From Flectonema sp. DT1601 (taxonomy: Eukaryota), in contig OZ025794.1 in assembly GCA_964019425.1 (NCBI GenBank), positions 806,001 through 870,000 of the forward strand: a DNA stretch of 64,000 nucleotides, read 5' to 3'. Shown in pieces: positions 56,476 to 64,000 of the stretch. Within the stretch, counting starts at the first letter, position 1. Each line of letters opens with the position of its first letter. The notes beneath the pieces are model-generated. The model was given only the letters and a program-made list of their open reading frames with translations. It had not been told where the DNA came from and did no database searches. The translations under genes and the position numbers were made by a program.

Positions 56476-57828
56476 CTTTCTATATCACTTCAGTACCTAC
56501 TGTTAGACAATAATTAAGTCCTTGCTAAGGAGCAGGGTAATCAATAAGCAACGGTTCTGAGTGCTAAGAAAACCAGAATCCTTGAGGGCTACAACACATA
56601 CTCTGAACTATTATAATTTATTAATAAATTATAATTATTATTATTATTATTTTTTTAAATTTTTTTTTTTAAAAAAAAAAAAAGGAATTTTTTTTTTAAC
56701 AGAAAAGACTCCAATATTACGGATGAGAACCTGATCAAGGAAAGGGGGGAAAGAGTGGCCTTTTGAAAAAAAAACTGTAAAAAGACTTTTCTTTGTGCAC
56801 ATTATTTTTATTTCTTTCTTTTTCCAAACTAAAATCATTTCTTATGTCAGTGAGTTGAACATCCATTTGAATGATAGGTTAAAGTACCTCATAAAAGATG
56901 TGCATAAGTCACCAAACTACTAAATAAAAAAAGGGGAAAGGAAGGGGGTTAACTGTTCGATTTTGTACGTAAAAAACAAATGTATTGTATCATAAAACAA
57001 CAGTTTTAGATACAGTGACTAATGTAATGTTAGTGTAGGCAAACACACTGCGATTAACGTAAATACTTTACATCACAATAAATGTTTCTAACTTAGCTGC
57101 ATTACACATCTCTTTTTCCGTGTTGTCATTCAGTGCAGTACGGAATCGAGTTATTCAATTACGAATTAATAAAAAGGGGAAAGGGGGTCACAAATTCAGA
57201 ATAGAGTTTTTGCTGTGTCCTTGTCATGATGCCACGCTGATGTGGAAAGAGGAAATTGAACTCTTACACAGTAACAGATATATAAACTAGCTTTGATCAA
57301 TACTAACATCAACAACATTCCGTTATGGAGGTGGATCCCGATTCCCTCTCCAAGTTTCCCCCCCACAATCTAGTATAAAATATAAAACAGCAGCAAAGCA
57401 CGACGACTCACAAGCATATTAAATGGGCCAAACAAAGTGTCCATTTTTGTCTTGCAGTCTTTATCAAATGATGATATGCAACGCCAGTTCGATTCCGTCT
57501 CGAGTTATTATTTTCTTATTTCTTTATACAGGTAAATTCAACGACTTCACAATCGTATTGAACCGTTGTGAGTAACTGACCACCTGACCACCTTTATTTA
57601 AACCAGCAGTTATCTTCTGAAAGTAAGCTCACAGGGTATAACTTTACATGGTTTTAAAAAGCAAGAAATGGGACGACGTAAACTAAAAAAAAATAACAAT
57701 AACAATAACAACAGGGACAAACAAACAAACAAAAACAGGGAAGGGAAGGATCATAACCTGCAATAAACACAAAGCAAGTTGAGGACAAGGATACGTAAAT
57801 AGTAAGCCCCGTGAGAACTTCCAACATC

Positions 57829-58087
57829 AATCGAGTGGAGACATTGCTGAGCGAGCGTCAGTATTAAATACTGAGTGTCACTACAGAAGTAGTCAGCGAC
57901 TAGATTGAGTATTACGTAGTAATCGCATAACCCAATAAGGATATTCTTATTTTATTATATATTTTTTAAAGGGTTCCAAAAACCAACACCATACGAAATC
58001 GAGTGGTGACATAACTGAACGAGCGTCAGAATTCAGAGTAAGAAAACTAAGTAGTCGCTACAGCAGTCAGCAACAAGGATTATGAAT
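57829..58087. repeat. Degenerate direct repeat, two ~85-nt copies starting at 57829 and 57997
   Basis: AATCGAGTGGAGACATTGCTGAGCGAGCGTCAGTATT vs AATCGAGTGGTGACATAACTGAACGAGCGTCAGAATT (32/37 identical), plus a second similar block (CTACAG..AGTCAGC). Confidence 0.85.
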
Positions 58088-58428
58088 GCATTACTTATTC
58101 GGAGGGCTATTACTGTTTGGCTGAATATTTATTGATCTTGTGGTTCTCTACCTAAACCCTAAATAGTAGTACACTGATGACATCGTTGTACTGTTCAGAG
58201 GGCTGTACGGTGGATTATGGTACCACAGCCAACTGGTCTGCTAAATATTATGAATGAAAAAAAGATTTAAAAATAAAAAAAAAAACAGAACATGAGATTA
58301 GGAAAGATAACTTTGATAAATAAAAACAACCTCAATTGAAAACCACAACTGGGTATCTATTTTAACTGACGAGTGTCGGACTATTAAATGCTATGAAGGT
58401 CAGAAGTCTCAATAGAAGAATGGTTAAT

Positions 58429-59092
58429 TCAATCATCAGGGAGAGGAACGGATCCCTGTCTTGAAGGAGATGTAGAAGCAGACGATCCTCTACTTGAGAA
58501 TCCACGTGATGCTCTTCTTTGAGAACTAACAGTTGCTGTAACTTCATGATAAGACGGAGGTGGTGGTGGGCTCTCCAATTCAGGAACAGTAGCCGCAACA
58601 ATTGGTGGCTGTACTGGTTGCCGCATGGCAGGGGGCATAGCACCACACGCTATTCTTCTAGTCGCTGCATTATTCAACGCTCCCTTTGGTGCTGCACCCA
58701 TTCCTGGAGCATCTAATCTGTCCACTAGTAATGGTCTTTGAGGTACATTAGATTGCTGTTTTTGCTTTTCTCTCTCCTGTTCTTTTCTCTTCTTCTTTAA
58801 CTTGCTTCTCTTAGTGACATAGTGGTCTTGAAATGAAGCATTTACTTGACCATTTGCTGTATCAACGCAACACTGGGTTTCACTGTCATAGTCAGCCTCT
58901 GGTACTGGTTGCATGAGCCAGTCGCTATCGAGGTCTTCTGCTTCTTTGTTAAATCTGTTTGTTGTTAATTTATTTAAAAAAAAAAATTAAGTGTGACTTT
59001 TAGAGATGTTAAACATACGCTACAAAATTTGAATCCGTATTTGGAGTTATTTCTATCTGTGGAATTTCTAGAACAATTTCTACTTCCGTCAT
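58429..59092 (-). CDS. Hypothetical Pro/Ser-rich protein; exons 59019-59092 and 58429-58954; 199 aa
   Basis: Intron 58955-59018 joins MTEVEIVLE...NFVA to FNKEAEDLDSDWLMQP in frame; contains PPPPSY. Confidence 0.7.
58955..59018 (-). other. Spliceosomal intron, 64 nt
   Basis: GTATGT...AAATAAATTAACAACAAACAG; restores frame. Confidence 0.8.
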
Positions 59093-59368
59093 TTTATTTT
59101 ATTCTTTTTTTTTTTTTTCTTTTTCTCTTTTCACTTCCTTTATTGAAGTCTTACACAGTAACTAACTAATTTCCTGTAGGAATAAATGACTAATAATAAT
59201 AATAATTCTTTTTATATTGTATTACTTATTCAAAGTCGGTTACGATTTTTTTTTTTCCCCTCCCTCCCCTCTCTCTCGGATGTTTTTCAAAAGAGGGAGG
59301 AGGTAAAAAAAAAAAAAAATTACACTACTTAAAAACCATAGACAAATCCAAAATTGACAGAGAAGTCT

Positions 59369-62300
59369 CTACTTGTTGAACGAAGATAATCGTTTGTTGA
59401 CACATCTAATTGGAAATGTATGAGTATGTGTTGCTTCATCTGTAATTACCATAACCTGGAGTAAAGTAATACCAGGAGAATGTAATGATATTGTAATAGG
59501 ATGACCATCATCACCATCTGGAAGTAGATCAGCACTAATAGATCCCTCATAACTAACAGTCTCACCCAGACAAGCAGCATGAAAAGTATTGGCTCTGATT
59601 CCCTTTTGTGTGAAACCAATCTTGATAGATAAAGGACGTGAACTTCGTGATGAGTCTTCAGATAATAATTTTATTGTTAAGTCGTGAAATCCATGAAGTG
59701 TTACTTCCGACTCTTCTTGATTAATAAATGTACTTCTTGATATTAACATCTCCTCATCGTCTACTACGAGTCCAACAGAAACTGTTTCTCCATCGAGTGG
59801 GTAGTCAGCTGATTTAACTTCTTCTTGTGGTGCATTTGGTTCTTTGAAGCAAAATCTTATTTTTGGAACACTCGTTAGTGGTTGACTATCTCTTATTTCT
59901 GGAACAATCTTTAAAGGAATCCGACCGAATATTCTTTCGTTTGCAGATTGTAATTGACCCTCCCATCTAAGGGATAGTTTCTCGAGAGGAAATTGCGATC
60001 GATCAGAATTCTGAATAAGTTGCAACGTCGGTATCAACACAGTGACTGACACTCCCTCAGGTAATAATATTTTATGACAAGCTGGCTGCAACCCAATAGG
60101 ACAATCAGTAAAGTCTGCCGAGACTGCAAGAGACGATGGAATAGAAAACAATTCTGCATCTTCATGTGGACGTATTAATTTATAAGGAGAGTTTGCAACG
60201 TATATCGACAATTGTTTCCTACCAGTTCCCTGAGATGAAATATGATTCGTAATGCTTGCCGTTATAAATCTATTACACTCAGAATACGAACTAGAAGAGC
60301 AGCTTACACCATCAGATATTTCAACATTACAAGGCAATGAAGCTCTTCGTTGACACAAAGCATACGTTTCCCAATGTCCTTCAAGATTTCTTATATTAGT
60401 AGTGGACACCAGCTGCTGCTCAGATTCCTCTTTTCCGTACAACACGTCTAAGTTAAATTGAAGATTCTTGCTACCTGACAGCAGCATTGCAGGAGCTGTA
60501 AAATAAACAGTCAGCTCTTTTGTTGTTCCAGGTCCCAGTGGGAGTATGTCGTTGATAGCTGACTCCAAACATGATAAAGATAAATATGTTATGAGATTCT
60601 GACCTGAATTGTCATCTAATTCAGTTGGAGATAATTTAAGTAAACTTATTGAATGCATTCCTATGTTTTGAAGACAGAACGTTAAAGGTTGAACTTGTCC
60701 TGTTATTAAAGACATCTCAACTTTGTGATCAGTAGAGCCTTTAGGTGCAATAGATAATAATGGAATACTACTTACCACATGAACAGTTGGGCTTAAGTCT
60801 TTCTGACAACTAATTGGAAGCACCCAAGGATGTAGAACAATCCCATTCGCTAACACATAAACAATCACGTTTTCAATTGTAACCTTTCCTCCTTGTAAAG
60901 GATGAATCCCAACAGTAAAGACTCCTGTTGCCTTCGATGCTAAAGATACGTTCTCTCTCCATATCACACGTGAAGGTACTGATCCAGATTCTAACTGGAC
61001 TCCAACACGTTGAAATGTCAGTGGAATTCCTAAAGGATTACACAACGTAATATTAACTTTTGCAGTTGTTTGAGCTACCCAAACCGGATGCTGTAATGAT
61101 TCCGGATTTATATGATGATTTACTGAGAATATCTGTTTACCAACTCTAACAGTTTTCAATACAGGTCGATGATGATCAGGAGATTCTAAAGGCTGTATTG
61201 GAACTGTTGGTAGTGGAGGTGATAAGGCTTTAAATCCACATCCATGACTTCCTTCATAATCTGATAATACTCTAAAGACTTTGTACATAAAAGACTGATC
61301 AACAATTGTATGATAATTACTAACAGCAAACAATGACAACTGATAGTAGTATGCACACCTTTGAGGATTCCTTTCAGACAAAGTCTTCGCCGCCGACAAC
61401 ATTTCTTTTAACAACGCAAATTGTAGAATGTCAGGTTTATGCAGTTCGATTCCTGCAGAATCCTTTTTTATTACTTCTAACTCTGCAGTGCATGGGTTCA
61501 GCCTTAGTGGCATTGATAATAGGCTTGCAGCAGATAAGTACTGTTTCAAAGCCTGTTCTGGTTTGCCTTGCATTGCTGATACTTGTCCAGCAAGTCGAAG
61601 AAGTAGAGTTGCTTTTCTATCAAAACCGGCATATATTGACAGCTCAGATAGTTTTGTGATTATTTGGGGAGTGTTTGAAGAAGTCAATAACTTACACTTT
61701 CCGTAAGTATCGAATATAGATTCTTGAATAAGTGTTCCATCCCTACTAAACTTTATTAAGAAACTAGACAATCGAATGCCAGCTTCAATCCTCAATGGTA
61801 TAGAAGTGTGTTCGTAGTTTTGAATTGCATCATTATAAAGAGACGTAACTTCACTTATCCATGCAGCATCTGATGTAAATTCAGAGTCGTGAGTTGCCGC
61901 TAAAGACATCCGCTGCAAGTAAACGCTGCAGGCAATACCTTCTGTAGCCGCAGCGTTCCATAACTGATCTCCGACTTTTTCTGCTTGAGATGCAGCGAAT
62001 TTAAAGTACTGACAAGCTCCCTTAAAGTCACTTAACATTAAACAAATATCACCGATATTCTTTTGAACTTTATAAACTGCTGCTGGAGCAGATGTGACAG
62101 GTTGGACAGGTGGTGGTGGTGATGAACCTGGTGTATCGGGTGTTGTTGGTGTAGGTGGAGTAGAGTCATTTGATTTTAACCCTAAACCAACACCTAATAA
62201 AGTTCTCTTAACTTGAATAGTAGAATCAACTGGAGTACTAAATAATAATGACTTATGATTATCTGGAAGATTAACAAACTGATGTAAACCATGAACTATG

Positions 62301-62854
62301 TTAAGAAGAAGTTCATGAGTCATCGCTAATAGCATTCGACGTAATGAACTTTCAGGTGCAAGAGGAATGTATCGAATGAATGTCGAAGTTCGATCGTCTT
62401 GAGAATTATTTCCTTGTTTCTCATTTGGATCAATAAATAAACATCTAGCTTGTTGATATGTACTCTGTAACAGCTGATATTGTTTCATAACTGATTCTAG
62501 TTGTTCATCTGTTGAGTTCCTTCTAGCATGAACAACAGCTATGACTGCTTGTATTTTCTTACTGGCTACAATGTTCCTCCATCCTGACTGAGTCGTATTA
62601 TGAATTAATTTTAATTTCAACTCTCCCCATCCCAAATTCAAAGTATATTTAGACGCGTCAGTAAATTGAGGAGTTCTTAATCCCGCGATCTCAGCCAACT
62701 TGACGCTGTCGATGTCAGCCAGCATGTTATAGAATCCCTCGTATATGTGAGAACTCATCGGTCCCAATTTTACTACCGCAATGCGAATACAACGCAAGCC
62801 TGTAATTTCTGAATCTGTTTCGGGGTCATCGGTCTCCGGTTTGTCCCAATCCAT
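59369..62854 (-). CDS. TRAPPC9: TRAPP II complex subunit TRAPPC9/Trs120-like, 1161 aa
   Basis: IRIAVVKLG..M, F..W..G.L.L, K.IGD.CLM, GDQLW.AAA.EG, GFDRKA, WVA......V...LCNPL...L; typical length. Confidence 0.82.
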   Translation of the reverse strand: MDWDKPETDDPETDSEITGLRCIRIAVVKLGPMSSHIYEGFYNMLADIDSVKLAEIAGLRTPQFTDASKYTLNLGWGELKLKLIHNTTQSGWRNIVASKKIQAVIAVVHARRNSTDEQLESVMKQYQLLQSTYQQARCLFIDPNEKQGNNSQDDRTSTFIRYIPLAPESSLRRMLLAMTHELLLNIVHGLHQFVNLPDNHKSLLFSTPVDSTIQVKRTLLGVGLGLKSNDSTPPTPTTPDTPGSSPPPPVQPVTSAPAAVYKVQKNIGDICLMLSDFKGACQYFKFAASQAEKVGDQLWNAAATEGIACSVYLQRMSLAATHDSEFTSDAAWISEVTSLYNDAIQNYEHTSIPLRIEAGIRLSSFLIKFSRDGTLIQESIFDTYGKCKLLTSSNTPQIITKLSELSIYAGFDRKATLLLRLAGQVSAMQGKPEQALKQYLSAASLLSMPLRLNPCTAELEVIKKDSAGIELHKPDILQFALLKEMLSAAKTLSERNPQRCAYYYQLSLFAVSNYHTIVDQSFMYKVFRVLSDYEGSHGCGFKALSPPLPTVPIQPLESPDHHRPVLKTVRVGKQIFSVNHHINPESLQHPVWVAQTTAKVNITLCNPLGIPLTFQRVGVQLESGSVPSRVIWRENVSLASKATGVFTVGIHPLQGGKVTIENVIVYVLANGIVLHPWVLPISCQKDLSPTVHVVSSIPLLSIAPKGSTDHKVEMSLITGQVQPLTFCLQNIGMHSISLLKLSPTELDDNSGQNLITYLSLSCLESAINDILPLGPGTTKELTVYFTAPAMLLSGSKNLQFNLDVLYGKEESEQQLVSTTNIRNLEGHWETYALCQRRASLPCNVEISDGVSCSSSSYSECNRFITASITNHISSQGTGRKQLSIYVANSPYKLIRPHEDAELFSIPSSLAVSADFTDCPIGLQPACHKILLPEGVSVTVLIPTLQLIQNSDRSQFPLEKLSLRWEGQLQSANERIFGRIPLKIVPEIRDSQPLTSVPKIRFCFKEPNAPQEEVKSADYPLDGETVSVGLVVDDEEMLISRSTFINQEESEVTLHGFHDLTIKLLSEDSSRSSRPLSIKIGFTQKGIRANTFHAACLGETVSYEGSISADLLPDGDDGHPITISLHSPGITLLQVMVITDEATHTHTFPIRCVNKRLSSFNK

Positions 62855-62929
62855 GTGTGTGTCTAGTCAGAATGGTAATAACACAAATGACGGGAATAAG
62901 ATGGGTAGAAAAAATAAATTGTTTTTAGA

Positions 62930-62962
<33 letters not shown>

Positions 62963-63198
62963 CCTGTAAAACATTTGAAAAAGTCAGTTAACAACAGTTG
63001 CTGTGAAAAAGTGAATTCTCACAAAAGAATCCGAAGCTAAAAAAACTGAAATACCCATACGCAACCAACTACGTAGTTAAATTCTTTTTTTTTCTTCTTT
63101 TTTCTTTTTTTTTTTTTTTTTGTCGCAAATGTTAAGCATCTATACGAATGGAGTCAGGAAATGGTACAACCGGTAATCGGTGCTGCTTTTTGACGATG

Positions 63199-63230
<32 letters not shown>

Positions 63231-63607
63231 TGGAGAGAAAACGTAAGGGAAAAAAAAAAAACAAAACAAGAAAAATAATAATAATATTGAGCAAACTAAT
63301 AACTAAATATCACCTGCAAGGCCAAAGGTCAGCAGCAGAGGGTTTTTATTTTTGGAGGGAAGGAAGTAGTATTTTTATTTAATATAATGATACACAACAT
63401 AACAGTTAACTCAAAGATGATAAAACTCACCTATTGACTAACTAAAAGGACTAAAAGGATAACATACGATGTTAACAAACTGATCGCACTACTTCTTTAA
63501 TTCCCGATTTTCAGGGATGTCACACGTCGAGGAGAGTTCGATCTCTCTGAATGCATAAAAGACCTTCCATTGGGTTTATAGCTGGTCACGATGGAGGTCA
63601 CGTTTTG

Positions 63608-63639
<32 letters not shown>

Positions 63640-64000
63640 CATTTAGACCCTGATTCAGTTTAGTTTAGTTAGCAAAATACAAACTGATGACTACGAGGGG
63701 TCTGGGTAGCCCGCATCAGTAAGGACCCAATCGCGAAGATTGTAGTTTCATAGTATTGGCTGGAAGTGATCCAGCCTCCACCTTGCCCAGAGGCTAACAG
63801 GTTGTAAACAACTAAAGAAACGATCTGGGAGTGGGGGGAAGGTGAAAAAAAATAAAAAACCTTTTTTCTTTCATATACATCTTTCTTTATAATACGACCA
63901 CATGTGCCATATGCCCACACTCCACGAAAGAAAATAGAAAACCCCGGAACAGTACCGAGGATCGTTCACCCCCAGTTGTCCAAAGCATTATAAGTGTACT

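Noticed and set aside
57480..57500. GTTCGATTCC tRNA T-loop-like motif
   Set aside because: Flanks do not form a T-stem and no cloverleaf is present.
58151..58163. CCTAAACCCTAAA telomere-like repeat
   Set aside because: Under two units; expected by chance in AT-rich DNA.
10657..62854. Functional cluster of trafficking genes (Vps51-like, WASHC5, TM9SF, CHMP7-like, TRAPPC9)
   Set aside because: Interspersed with unrelated genes; trafficking is a large category and no shared motif links them.
382..62969. Numerous plus-strand ORFs of 60-136 aa in the ORF track
   Set aside because: They are antisense shadows of minus-strand genes or run through poly(A)/poly(T) tracts; none has a recognisable motif.

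Overview
AT-rich eukaryotic nuclear DNA with about 25 protein-coding genes, all on the minus strand and head-to-tail. No credible plus-strand gene, tRNA, rRNA, CRISPR array or intact transposon was seen. The unidirectional cluster, U-rich tract + AG just upstream of most start codons, a BILBO1-like domain and short GT-AG introns point to a euglenozoan, most likely a diplonemid (inference). Recognisable genes: ODA-docking complex subunit, DUS2, GPN2, strumpellin, HMG-CoA synthase, TM9SF, CHMP7-like, TRAPPC9, GH79, GT77, carboxylesterase, apyrase-like and SET-domain proteins. Main observations: (1) a gene absent from the ORF track, running off the left edge, that fuses a DPY-30/RIIa-like docking domain to two tandem globins; (2) all 8 reconstructed CDS introns end in A/C-rich rather than pyrimidine tracts, whereas most putative trans-splice acceptors are U-rich, suggesting a cis/trans acceptor code; (3) a Vps51-pseudokinase fusion; (4) an uncharacterised Rossmann-like domain fused to the HACD/Phs1 dehydratase; (5) a 12-mer repeated three times downstream of HMG-CoA synthase; (6) an in-frame TGA in a UBL-LRR gene. 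All family assignments are by-eye motif recognition; no database search was run.
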